A DNA stretch of 64,000 nucleotides, taken from the NCBI RefSeq assembly GCF_006345805.1, contig NC_042999.1, positions 139,810,001 to 139,874,000 of the forward strand, written 5' to 3'. The stretch comes from Octopus sinensis (Eukaryota). Below the pieces are notes generated by a model. It did not search any database. It was not told the origin of the DNA and worked only from the letters and a program-made list of their open reading frames with translations. The position numbers and the translations under genes were made by a program. Shown here piece by piece: positions 41,650-54,430 of the stretch. Within the stretch, counting starts at the first letter, position 1. Each line of letters starts with the position of its first letter.

Positions 41650-42050
41650 TGGATGGAAAGACAATATGGATAATAGTAGGTGAAGAGACAAAGAGTCAGA
41701 AGTACTGGAGTGGAGATGTGAGACTAGTCACCTTTGAGGAGCAGTGGCCACTGTAGTAAAAGTAGAAAAGGCAGAGAGAGGAAGTAGGCATGAGTGAGTC
41801 TATGAATGATTTTATGCTAATCAGCTGGGTGGCCTTTTTCTGTCAGTCGACTAGGTCGTCTGTGTGAATAGCAACAGATGTCCATCTTTGATGAGGGAAC
41901 AATATTCCAATGGGTCTCACCTGAACCTTGCAGAAGGTCAGAAAATGTTGGGGGCTGAAATATTTTCTGGCTCTCCTGAAAAGAAAGGTCAGTCTTTCAG
42001 ATATGTCCCTCGTTACATTAAGGATGACTATTTCTCATCGAAAGCCTTCT
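41650..42050 (-). mobile_element. CR1/Jockey-group LINE endonuclease-linker remnant
   Basis: Degenerate similarity only (..HTDDL..KGHPA..). No intact frame. Confidence 0.35.
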
Positions 42051-42640
42051 AAATGAAGTGAAGAGAAGCATTTAGAAATGACCATGAGGGCTCTAGTTGC
42101 ATACTGCTCATGTTCAAGGAGGTGACATACAATGACATTTTCTTGATATGAGCAGTGCTTGTGAGTTGCTTCTTTTTTACTGTTGAAAGACACAATTTGC
42201 CATGTTCCCATTGAAAAATGCTTTTGAGGTCTCCTATGTTCATAAAGTTAGTGTATATTTTGATGCAACTGTCTAGATTTCATGTGAATGACACTTTGTT
42301 AGGTAAAATTAGGGGAGATGAAAGGTGGTATGCTACAGCGAAGTGGCAGAAGATAAAGGCATGCAAGGCGGACAGAAAAAAGCACTTCAAAGAGATACTC
42401 AAAGCCTCATTGAAAAGCTGTGAGATCAACCCTGACACCTGGGAAATGCAAGTACAAGACCACCCTCCCTGGCAAAGCGGCATCAGCAGAGGTGCCACTT
42501 CCTATGAAGAGAACAGGATTGCAGGGGAACAAAGAAATCTTGAACTGCACAAGTCAGAGTCAACTCTTTGCCTTCAGTCCAAGCAGACCACTACAGTCTT
42601 TTGAGCACGCATTGGACTGAACAGCTGGACACATTATGAC
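42050..42640 (+). mobile_element. RTE (BovB-like) LINE 3' remnant
   Basis: KKHFKEILKASLKSCEINPDTWEMQVQDHPPWQSGISRGATSYEENRIA, followed by ARIGL. Confidence 0.8.
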
Positions 42641-43489
42641 CAATCTTCTTCTCCCAGGTGATATCTTTGATCATCATTAACAACAACAGATTAACATCAT
42701 ACCCACCAGAGGGATTTGTACATTTAATCATACATAGTCAGGAAGACATAGGATGAGAAGGTGAAGCAAGATCTTTGAATGTGGGTTCTCAGAGGCAATG
42801 ACAAGTGATTGTGACCATTGGGAAATTTGCTGTTCTTGAGAAGACTCATCAAGCTAAGTGAAATCATAGTTGTGGCTGGTGCTGGTGGCACATAATAGCA
42901 TCTGTGCCAATAAAAGGCATTGACTACACTCTCTGAGTGGTCAGCATTAGGAAGGGCATCCAACTGTAGAAACCAAGCCAAAATAAGACTGGAACCTGAT
43001 GCAGCTCTCTGCCCTACCAGTTGCAATCAAACTGTCTAACCCATATCAGCATGAAAAGCAGACATTAAATGATGATGACAATGAATGATGTACATTTGAT
43101 GACCACAGTTGAATGCTGAAAAGATGCAGAACGTGTTCTATACTGAGAATATTCCACAGTGCAAAAGACTCAATGTCTAAATGGTAAGTTAGTAACAGAG
43201 TTTCACATCCTTGACTTCTAGGGAGATCGAATGAGATCTCTGGTATGATTACATTAAACTCCATATGAATTGTTACAATAAATTATGACAAAGTTATCAG
43301 ATTCACACAACAATATCTTACACAATGCTTTCTAACTCTGTATTTGTAACAACTGAATTATAAAACTATTCAACAACAAAAAAGACTTGAAATCAATAAC
43401 TAATCTCTTACACCATTTTACTTATGAGATACTTTAGAACCACTTGAAAAGATAACATTATGCACTCAAATAGATACATTTATTCTTAC

Positions 43490-43849
43490 CTTGAGCTTTT
43501 CTAACTCGCTTGTCACTAATGCCATGAACAAATCGGAAAGCCTTTGAACAAACTCTAATAAACCTCCCATCAATATTTAAAAAATATTCCCATGTACAAG
43601 TTCGACGTGAAAAGTTAGGATCTTTTCTCTTATGCAAACACTGTCCTTTGCAAGCTTTCTTCTTCATTAAATTAGACAAATATAAATTTTGCAAGTTCCA
43701 ACTAGCCAAGTTATGAAAGTTAGTAAATAATGTGTACTTCACATGATCTTCAATATCTTTATAAGAACAAAATATTTGAGGGCACTGACACTGGGTTACA
43801 ATATCATAAACAGTGGTTTGTGTTCCAATATGTTTTTCCATCATCAATT
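43490..43849 (-). CDS. 360-nt exon encoding a Cys/His transposase-like N-terminal module; phase-1 donor; in-frame ATG at 43844
   Basis: QCQCPQIFC...LFTNFHNLASWNLQNLYLSNLM...SRRTCTWEYFL..IRVCSKAFRFVHGISDKRVRKAQ, intact. Donor CAAG|gtaaga. The first AG after a pyrimidine tract is at 43850-43851, giving a symmetric 1-1 exon. Confidence 0.75.
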
Positions 43850-44376
43850 CTTTTGTTTTTGTACAGCACAATTGAGAGGTAGAACAAAGGCAATTAAATT
43901 TTCTTTTAAATTATAAGAAAAAGAAATGCATGCTATTCAGTAGTCCATTTTGTCTATCATGACAAACCATGTGATATTTTAAAGGATTCTGATTGGCTAT
44001 ATTTGTCATATGCCTTAAAAAGTAACATGAAAAAGTGGTAAGTAAAAGGGAGATAACTAATAAGGACGACATAAGCCATACAAAGGAAAAAATTGATTTC
44101 TTGCACAAAGAAAAAAAAAACGCAATCAATTCCCTCATTTATAGAGTACAAAATAATGTATTGAAAATATATTATAGGGTAGAAAATAATAGAAAACTGG
44201 TAGAAGGAAGCAAAATGCAAAAGATCAAATCCCAAATCTTTTTCACCACATATATATATATATTTTTTTATTATTAATACTTGGCAGAGGTTACAGTGAC
44301 TCAAAGCTGCAAGCTTTGCGCATCAGCCCTTGAGATACTCTAACTTTTGCTGATAATTAAGACACACACACACACA

Positions 44377-44424
<48 letters not shown>

Positions 44425-47129
44425 TTTATATTTTGAGTTCTATTTTTCTGTTTGCACCACTAAGCCTATACAACGGGGACACACATGCCAAAACTCAAGA
44501 TCTTTAGTGAGACACCACTTTATGTATGAATGTACCTGATGTAACCCAGACTGCAAGATTGATGCAACATAATATGATGTCCAGCATCCCATCCATAAAG
44601 GACAGTCGTAGAATGGGTCAAAACGGTTGTTATACAAAATAGTTATACCAATTCCATGTGTCGTTTCCATCAATTATTATACACACACACACTCACGCGT
44701 GTATGCTACATTAAATGAGCATGTAGTTAAGATCCTGTTACATTTAATTTTTGTAGGTGGTATAAATAGGAAGAGGTTTCCTTAGCTCAAATATACAACA
44801 ATAACCTACTAATAAGTAATAATTTTTAAACTAGAAAGAACAAAAGATTTGAATGCATCAAAACAACGTGAATAATTTGATAAATGGGGTGGTATGACAG
44901 AAACTAATAAAATTTACTAAAATGAGTTCAAAACTTAGTTACATAATACAAATGAGGGCCACTTAACTACAAAGATGATAAACCACTACACAACCAAGAT
45001 CAGGGCAGCTCATGGGCTTCAATAATCATCTGCAAAAATAGGCCTTTGAAATCCTTGCCTATCAGTACTTTCAAATTGGGAGAACAGTTAATTTTCCAAT
45101 GTCCTGTGGAGAATAGATTATTAGCTGTATGGAGACTAGCTTACATTTTTGTACTTTGATATAAACTTATATAATCTCCTCCACAATTAACACATTATTC
45201 TCTTTGATCTCCTTTGGCTCACTCTGAATTTCGACCAATCTCACCACTAATTTGAACAACCATGAAGCACAGCCACTTCAGCTAGATAGGCATTTCTAGA
45301 GGAATTACTAACCTCCTACACCCTCTTAGTTCAGGCTCATTTTCTTCCTTCTTCCTTTTTATTATCCATCATGGTTTCTCATGTTTAAACTCCTCTCTAG
45401 GGTCATAAGATGAAAGGGTAGAACTGTGTTGTTCTTCACCCATAGATCCCTTAGATTGTGACCTAGCATGTTGGTGGTACTGAGAATGAGGCAACAAAGT
45501 TATTCTACTCTGGCTATCCTAACAGATTGTTGTCGTTGTCGTCATCATCATCCTCATATTTAATGCCTGCTTTTCATAATAGCATGGGTTGGACAGTTTG
45601 ACAGGATCTAACAAGCTACAGGGCTTCATCAGTCTCCAATGTTGGTTTCTCAGCAGTGAGTTCTTTGGAAAACCCCTTCCAAAATGGCTAATGTTGCTTT
45701 AATATAGAAAATCCCCATATCACATGATAATTTTACTCTGACATGATGATGCCTCCTACAACCGCAGAGTGATATAATCTTGAGAAAGGTATTATCACAG
45801 GATGTAACATGTTAGTGATCCTTTACAGACTTTCTATTGGCATGATGGTAATGTCAGCTGAAGTTCAGCAGCAAGAGCTGTTCACCAATTCTGTTCTGGT
45901 GCTTGGTAGTCAGAAGAGCTTAGGGAAGTTAATGATTTGGGCTCACATGAATTTCAATACAGTCAAGAAATACCATCTATCAGCAAAAAATCAGAGTCTG
46001 CAAAAGGTGTTTGACAGCAGCTTGAAAAGCACATCCATTTGTGAGATCAGCTAAGAATTGGAAGCACAATTAGTCACAATGGACCAAATAACTGGAAAGA
46101 TCAAGGCTTGGGTAAGGCACCCTCGCATGGGTTCTTTAGCCCCTTTTTGTATACAAGTTCTCAACAACCACAGTTGATGACTTTGAAAGTAGGGTCAGTA
46201 TTCCCCTGCAGAAGTGGTTGAGACTACTGTAGAGCCTGAGCTGCAATACTTTGCAGGGACAAAATAATAAGTTCAGAATATGATATGTTAAACAATATTC
46301 AGAAATTTAAAGGCAAGTTGAAGATAAATCTTGCTATAAGTGAAAAGATGCTTTGAGTTCAACCTATATTAGATATTTTTTTGGAGGAAGCCATCATCTG
46401 TTTGTGTTCTTTCTCAAGAGTTCTTAAAGTCTGGTTCTAACATGCCTTTGACATGTTTTGCTGCTTTACACAACCATGATGGTCTGCCGTAACCCTATTC
46501 TTCCAAACTTTGTGTATGCGCATAGATACACACACTGACATCTATATCTATAGCTTACTTTACTATCAGTTATAACTGAATAAGATCTGGTAGTTTGTAC
46601 TATGCATTTATTTATATTAGGTGCTTATGTCATCAAGAGCAGACATGACACTCACCTGGCCTGGCAGAACACTGTGGAAGAAGAGGATGCACCATCAGCC
46701 AACCAGTATTCGATTTCAGTTAAGAAAACATACATCATCATCACTTAACATTCACTTTCCTATGCTAGCATGTATCAGACAGAATTTGTGAGACAGATTT
46801 TCTATACCCAGATAACCTTCCTCCTGCCAACCATCACTTGTTTCCAAACAAGCCAACATTTCCTCATGGCCAGACATGTTTTTCACAGAAGACTGGAAAT
46901 GAATATTGTTTGCATGAAGGCAATGTTTGTTTAGAACCATGATGCTTAGACAAAGGCACACACAAACACATATGTATGACGAGTTTCTTTCAATTTCATT
47001 CTACCAAATCTACTCACAAGATTTTGGTTGAGCTGGGGCTATAGCAGAAAACACAAGTTGAGAACACATGGTTGAGAAGCAAGGTTCTTCAACATGCAGC
47101 TATGCTACACCTTATGTACATATTGTCAT

Positions 47130-47960
47130 TGCTTAATGTCATTTTTCCATGCTGGCATGAAGCATGAATTGGACTGTTTGACAGGAGCCAATAAGCCAGA
47201 GGACTGTAATAATCTCCAATACCTACTTAGGCCAGGTTTGTATGACTGCATGCCCTTCTTAATGCCAACTACTTCAAAGAATGTACAGGGTACATGGAGC
47301 TGGTACAAAGTGAGGTCACCAAGTAACTTGTAAGGCAAGATCTCTCAATTGAGGTGGGCATAGTACTGAAGGAGGTGGTTATATGATGATGAGATGTTAA
47401 AATATGATAGAGGGACAGAAACAGGTGTCTTGCAGTACAGGAGACACTAGACTATTTCAGTTAAAAAGGAGAGCAAATGGTGAAGAGGTGTCAGGATGTG
47501 CCTTCAATTTACAAAAAGGTGAACATAAGTGGTCCAGAGGATTGGACAGGATGAATGGGTAGGTAAGTTTGCAAGAGTGTTAAAAGAGAGTAGCAGATGG
47601 ATAGAGATGGAGATAGAGGTGGATGCAGTGAATTATGATCAATGGTGAATATAAGTAGTAAGGAGGAGAAGGTGAAAACAATAGGAGGTGCACAGGTGAT
47701 GTGAAGTGTAAGCAGTGTGCAAGAGATGTACAGTGTTAGGTACAAGGTCAGGAGCACATAAGAGTGGAAATAATAGGAAGCAAATATAAGTGAGTAGTGG
47801 GGAGGCTGTAAAGGAGAAAACAGTGTTCAGTGGAAAATAAGGTGGTCTGGAATGATACAGAGAATGCAAGAAACAAAAGTGGCTCCAGGGAGGGTGAGAG
47901 GAAGTGTAAAAAGGTGGGGGATGAAATATGTGCATGCGGTGCTGCACTCATATAATTACA
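47130..47960 (-). mobile_element. Long RTE-related repeat copy
   Basis: Begins with tttttccatgctggcatg and shares internal blocks with 12700-13290. Confidence 0.55.
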
Positions 47961-48159
47961 GCAGTTAAATGAAAAGTGCCACTATAAAATGAGCCCAGAG
48001 GGTGAGGAATGTTAGGAAGATGAATTGTGGGGAAGACATAGGGACAGATTTGCTGTAGGGGCACAGTCATAATATGCTTTTAAGGTCTCCCTTTTGCTGA
48101 GATGCATGAGTCTTCTCAAGCATAGCAGATTGCCAATCAGTTTAGTACATTGTTATCAC

Positions 48160-48770
48160 CAATGAGAATTCTAACAAGTCAATGAGAGCCATTGCCATGT
48201 GTCAAAATCAACAATTAGCTGTGCATGACGATATCAAGTACAAAATCTGTAATGAGAAGAGAACAGTTCATGCCCAAAAAGTGAACAGGAGGAATCACAA
48301 ATGGCTCTGTGATAGATCTATTGAAATCCCCATCTTGGAAGTTATGAGCATGTCATGCCTCCTCACATATCCCCACAAGTCTTAAGGTCAATAGAGGTAG
48401 CCTCATCAAGACAATGGAAACAGTTGTCAAGTCCAAGATTGAGAGGGTAGTTTGGAAGAGGCAGTACATATACCACCAAGACTGATTCTCCTTACACAAC
48501 CAGCATGAACCAGGAGTGGATGGCCAAAAATTTTCATAATCAAGTTATCTCTAACATTTGGTGTCCGAGCTCTCCTGATTTAAAACCCCTGGATTACAAC
48601 ATCTGGAGTGTCAATGAGCAGGAGACCAACAAGCATGCCCTTAATACTAAGGACTTGTGGAGGTTTGCTGTTAGGGACATAATGGCCAACATGAATAAGG
48701 ATCACCTGTTCAACACAGTCATTTCAGAAGCAGTATTGAGGCACTAATCAAGGTTGGTGGCAGTTTTATC
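48160..48770 (+). mobile_element. Tc1/mariner transposase remnant
   Basis: NKSMRAIA.., VMPPHI.., ..TVVK..IERV.., WCPSSPDLKPLDYNIWSV (WPP.SPDLNP.DY motif). Frameshifted. Confidence 0.8.
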
Positions 48771-49449
48771 AATTAGCCTTTTGCTGTGTATGTCATTGTC
48801 ATCATTTAGCATCCATGTTCCATGCTGGCATGGCTTGGATGGTTTGACAGAAACCAATGTGTCCAAGGACTGCATAAAGCGCCAATGTCTGCTTTGGCAT
48901 GGTTTTTACAGCTGGCTGCTATTCCTAATGCCAACTACTTTACAGTGTGAACCAGGTGCTTTTTTTTGTGCCATCTGCACTAATGAAATAGATACCAGCA
49001 GGACTATGAGCCCTTGGGTAAGGGATCAGCTTCATGTTAGTGGACAAGGGGATTACAAATATGCATACCAAAAACTATATAAATACATTGTTTTTTTTTT
49101 TAATATTTTTGTCTTCTTTATATTAAAATTTTGTTCTCAAATAGTTAAGAAACCCTGTAGATACTTAAATATATAAACATACATGCACACAGACATATAC
49201 AAATAGACACATGCACACACATGCATCTTTGCCATCATTTCTCTCATTCTTTTTCTCCTTGTATTACTCTCTAACATACTCTCCTTTCCTTTCCAACTGG
49301 GGTATCCATGTATGAACAACATGACACCTATCTCAGTCCTTCAATACCTTAAATCTCTCAATTGGCACAATACTATCAATACTCATCGATACTATTCCCT
49401 GATCCCAGTTGAGGGATTTTTCCTTTTTAGTCTCCTTTTTCTTGCAAGG

Positions 49450-50010
49450 TACTTGGTGACTCTGTTTGTATTGGTACCACATAAAATGCACCCAGTACAC
49501 CCTGTAATGTGGTTGGTGTTAGGAAAGGCATCCATCTATAGAAACCATGCCAAAACAAAGGGGACTGGTATGGCTGAGCCTTGCCAGCTCCTGTCAAACA
49601 ATCTAACCAATGCCAGCATGGAAAATGGATGTTAACTGATGATGATACATATTTTATACATATATACACACAGTTTTATATATCATCATCGTTTAGCGTC
49701 CGCTTTCCATGCTAGCGTGGGTTGGACGGTTCAACTGGGGTCTGGGAAGCCAGAAGGCTGCACCAGGCCCAGTTTGATCTGGCAATGTTTCTACAGCTGG
49801 ATGCCCTCCCTAATGCCAACCACTCCATAAGTGTAGTGGGTGCTTTTTACGTGCCATACGAGTCTGGCAAATGGCCACGATCGGATGGTGCTTTTTATGT
49901 GCCACCAGTACGGGGGCCAGGCGAGGCTGGCAACGACCACGAACGGATGGTGCTTTTTTTTATATATATATCATCATCATCGTTTAATGCCCGTTTTCCA
50001 TGCTAGCATG
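49450..50010. mobile_element. Cluster of three RTE-tail SINE copies in opposite orientations
   Basis: ...ccaatgccagcatggaaaatggatgttaactgatgatga (49645); catcatcatcgtttagcgtccg (49682); catcatcatcgtttaatgcccg (49971). Confidence 0.75.
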
Positions 50011-50011
50011 G

Positions 50012-50049
<38 letters not shown>

Positions 50050-50099
50050 GACAGACACACACACATACACATCATGGGCTTTCCTGTCATAGGTAACAG

Positions 50100-50880
50100 A
50101 TGAGTTCTGCAATTTCTTGCTGAACAACCTGCACGGATGATTTGTTCATATTGATCAAATGTTTGTATTGTGCATTAGCTTACTTCCTCCATCAAACTGA
50201 CACTGTCTGCACAGGTGTACAGTGTGTCACATTTCAGATGTCAATGTGATCAAAAAGGAATCTGAGATGAATTGTTTTGTTTACGAACACAATGTATTGT
50301 CGGGTCTGGGTTTTGATCCTGAGTGCAAGACCTTAACCACTAGGCCACATGCCCTCTCTGATAATGATTTCCAAAGTTAGCTTAAAAGTCAAATCATTTA
50401 CAAAAATGTTAACTTCGTCAATTAACAATAAACGGTTTGGTGCCCAGGTTTGTATATACACATATATACCTATCTCAAACTACACACATGAAGCCATAAA
50501 GCAGTTACCTATTATTTATAGTTTTAGGATGCTCCAAGATATTCAGTTATCAGATGACATTCTCAAGAAAACTTATACAATTGTTATGAAGTCAATAACA
50601 TACATATGTATGGTGATTGCGACATCTTCACAGATGACTTTTGTCTCCTTGTGCTTCCTCATTGTCAATGACATTTCTGACTTTCTGTCTATGACCTCTC
50701 AGATAACTATTCAGTTATGTTGCAGATCTCCATGGTTTGAAGCATCGGTGAAAAAGTTGTAACCTTCAGTACCTTTCCAACTGGTTAGCTCTGCACATGT
50801 CTCCACTCTTCCATAACCTTAGGGCTTTCAAAAGATGGAATGACAAAGGAAGTCACCATAAACGGACATCTGTACATCAT
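50100..50880 (-). mobile_element. Highly degenerate Tc1/mariner N-terminal fragments
   Basis: Fragments such as QKVRNVID..., KVICEDV and VQVVQQ resemble the N-terminus of the element at 48160. Confidence 0.35.
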
Positions 50881-51978
50881 TACATTATAGTGATAAATGC
50901 TTGTATATCATGAGTACCACTCTCTAAGTCTCCATGACCAGTGCCTAGTGACAGGCTGAAGCAAGATGTGCAGTAATCACATGAAACTGCAGGTTTTACA
51001 TCAGTGTCCTTCTTTTAGAATAATGCTGTGGCAATACATAGGGATCCCTCATTCCTGATGGTTTTACTGTGTACCTTGATATCAACCAATGGTATTTCTG
51101 TGTCCTGCACTTAGAGCGATTGTCATCATATTTGCTAGTTAACGTACAGATGGGATCCTGACAAGTACTACTACTTCAGGTCAGAGTAGACCAGGAAATA
51201 ATAGAGGTTAAGAAGTGGTTCCACACTCCTAGGAACCCTGAAACTCCCGAACCAGAGCCCCACTACTGGATGCAGTTTAAAGTCATACCCATACATACAT
51301 ACATACACAGATATATTGAACTCCTGTCAGCAGTCCAACACAAACCAGCATACAAAATGGGACATTAAAAGACAGAGATGATGATGAGACATACATGTAT
51401 ATATACACAATATATCTATATCAATTAATCATTATATGCACACGGCTTGCCCAATAGAAATTTTTTTGATTTTGTAACAAAATTCCAATGTTTAGATTGC
51501 TTAGATTTGTGCTTTGTTCATGCTAATAAAATATGCATAGTTGTGGTGTTTTCTTTTGCATTTTTCTGAGATGTACAATGTATATTGGACATAGAATTTC
51601 AATACAAAATTACAAAAATAGTTGCCAAATAGCACAGCAAAGAAATACAATTTTGTAAAATCACAATATCATATGAGCATACAAAATGAAATAATTTCAG
51701 GCACAAAATATATGTGACCTTTAGGACAAATACACTATAAATAATATCTATTTCTGGAGTGAGGTAAGAAGCAGTAGTAAAAGAAGCTATTATTGCAAGG
51801 GAAGAATAATAATCTCTTACTTTTGAAGATGTTTCTTCAGAAGGTAAGAATGTATAGTATATGAATGGAACTTCATATTTAAACATGACTCAAAAGCAAG
51901 TTAGCTATGAAGGGTTTCTTGCTCATGAACCACTTCATAAAAGATATTTATGAAAAATGAAGAAAAAGAGGCACTCAC

Positions 51979-52250
51979 AAGAGTTTCTCTCATACGAATT
52001 AGTTGCAAGCAGCAATGGATTTTCAGGTTTAATATCATGACTTTGAGGTGCTTTGGGTACATTGTTGAATATTGTAGGAACAGCATATCTCTGAAGTAAA
52101 GCCCGCCCCCCTGGCTTGATCATTTGGAAGCAAGATTTTTCAAAATGTTGACTGCATATGTAGGTGTAATGGCTAGGAGTCCAGTTCTGACGGGCAAGAG
52201 CACGGACCCATTTTTTCCACAGACCTGGCTTTTTACGCACATCAGGAAAT
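51979..52250 (-). CDS. THAP-A exon 2 (FPDVRKKPGLWKKWVRAL...YICSQHFEKSCF...YAVPTIF...), phase 2 to 1
   Basis: Acceptor cctttccttttcatttag at 52251-52252, donor CTT|gtgagt. THAP motifs FP, W, C..HF and AVPTIF. Confidence 0.9.
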
Positions 52251-54253
52251 CTAAATGAAAAGGAAAGGAAAAAATAAAAGAGTTATTAAAACAGTGAAAT
52301 CTACAAAGAAAAAGTAAAAGAAAAACGTTTATTATAGTAATATTTGAGGCAACCAGCTATTTAAAATGAACAATTTGAAATCACACCACTGGAACATGCT
52401 AAGTTTATTCAGCTGCAAAAGTCAAGTTAACTTTATATTTTGGGAATGACTAACTATTCATGTTAGAAATAAAATCTCATCTATATGAATTCAAGGTAGA
52501 ATGACTGGATCAATGTTCTCTTTAAATTTTCTCTACCACTGAGCAAAATTATTTTCTATTCAAAGCCAGTGTGCAGCATACAAACTTTAATGTATCATAT
52601 TAACTCTCTTGTAATATAAAGTTTTAAAGTGATCGAAATTAAAACCTTATATCAAAATTTCACATTAACCGAATTTCCAAATACCAGATTAATAATTACA
52701 AAGTTATTTGACTAAACTCCAAATTAATTGAAATAAAGGTAGTGTATTTCAACTGAAATATAGTAAGAAGAGAACTAAATGCACATTGATAAGTTAAAAT
52801 GAACTGCAAGATTTTGATGTGTACAGGTGTACATTAGTGCAGTTGTAATATTGTTAAAGAGCAACTATGCAGCTGCACACTTAAGCAAATTAGCAGCAAC
52901 ATAGTTGGGATCACTTGAATGCTTACCTCTTGTTGTGGACAGAATCTTTTTATTAACGGATTGCACAAGAATTTTAAAGTTTAGTGAGTAATGCATATGA
53001 AAAGACTGTACACAACAGAGTAAATAGCATTTTGACATAGCTGTGTGATCATATTAAAAATGATAGAAGGGCAACATTTGGTTAGTATGAATTAATGCAG
53101 TAAAATCTAGTTACTATCAAACTTTCTCATAACAAAGGCCAGTTTCTGTAAACAAAATCTGAGCTAACAGTGTATACATATAATTCCTATAAATGACAAT
53201 CCACCAGCAACTCAAAAGCTTTTTGATATCATAAAACAGGATATCCAGTGTGTGTACAATTGTCAAGCAACAGAACTTTTAAAATTATTCTGATATAAGT
53301 CAAATAGCTTTTGACAGAAATTTATTGAATATTTCATATAACTTATGTTAAGAGACAAAAATGTTGTTCTTTTAGAGATGTTAATGTTGATAAAATAACC
53401 AATGAACCATCCTATATCTTCTATCACATAGAAAAATCTGCAGAGCAATTAAATTTTATCAGAAACAAACACATCTAAATTTTCTTGAGTATGAGATACC
53501 TTATAAAAAAGCTATCAAACCTCAATAAATTACAAAAATTATTGAATGTTCAAAGTATATTGATAGCAGTGCTGTTATTGAATCTGCATAGATCACAGGA
53601 AATAATAGCGGTGTTGTGGCATCAAAGCGCTAATGAGTTTTGAAGAAAAAAACTAGAAATAATTTACATTGAATTCACCTCATCCACTTGAAACACTTTT
53701 CAAGAAAAAATTGTACATAGGTATATGGTAGAGAAGTAATATTTTAAAATACTAAATTGCATTAATGTTTACTTTGCCTTTCAGTTAGACTCCTCTTCTT
53801 CCAAAAAGGGTTTTATTAAACACTATAAGATATTAGATCTAGAAAAATAGAAAAATCTTTGCTCTGTTGTGCATGAAGAAAAGATGTACAATGAATTGAA
53901 GATTAAGCTGAATTTTGATAAGCTTAAGAAATATGAAGAGATTGAAGATGACAAATAATAATGAAAAGAAAATGAGTAAAGTATTTATAAGCTATTGGTC
54001 ATTAAAACTGGAGATGATGTAAATCAAATAGGAAATACAGGTGCTAAGCATAAAAAACTAGATCTGATAAACAGATTGGCTAAGTCAAGGCAATGTAGAG
54101 AGATCACCCAGAACAATGAAGAGTTAGAACTACAATTAATATATTAACTCCAGTATTTCACACATGTCAGTAATCCAAATGCACACTATACATACAAATG
54201 TAGGCTTTATGATGCATGTCTTTTTAGAGGAAGTTACTTGTAGAAACATAAAA

Positions 54254-54430
54254 TTAACCCTTTAGCATTTAAACTGGCCATATCCTGTCAAAATATTCTA
54301 CTTGTTCTAGCCTTTCACACCTACCCTATAATGTCATTCCAAAAATAAATATTCACATCATCAAAAGTTACAAGATAATGCATGATTAATTCAAAACAAT
54401 GTGAATAAATAAGCAAAACAAAAAGGTTAA
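54254..54430. mobile_element. TTAA-flanked MITE (family of 391-608, opposite orientation)
   Basis: ttaaccctttagcatttaaactggccatatcc...aatgcatgattaattcaaaac...aaaggttaa. Confidence 0.6.

Noticed and set aside
51821-51834. 14-nt microexon candidate after THAP-A exon 2 (ctgaag|AAACATCTTCAAAA|gtaaga)
   Set aside because: Joining creates an immediate TAA, the acceptor is weak, and the 51599-51886 ORF has intron-like composition.
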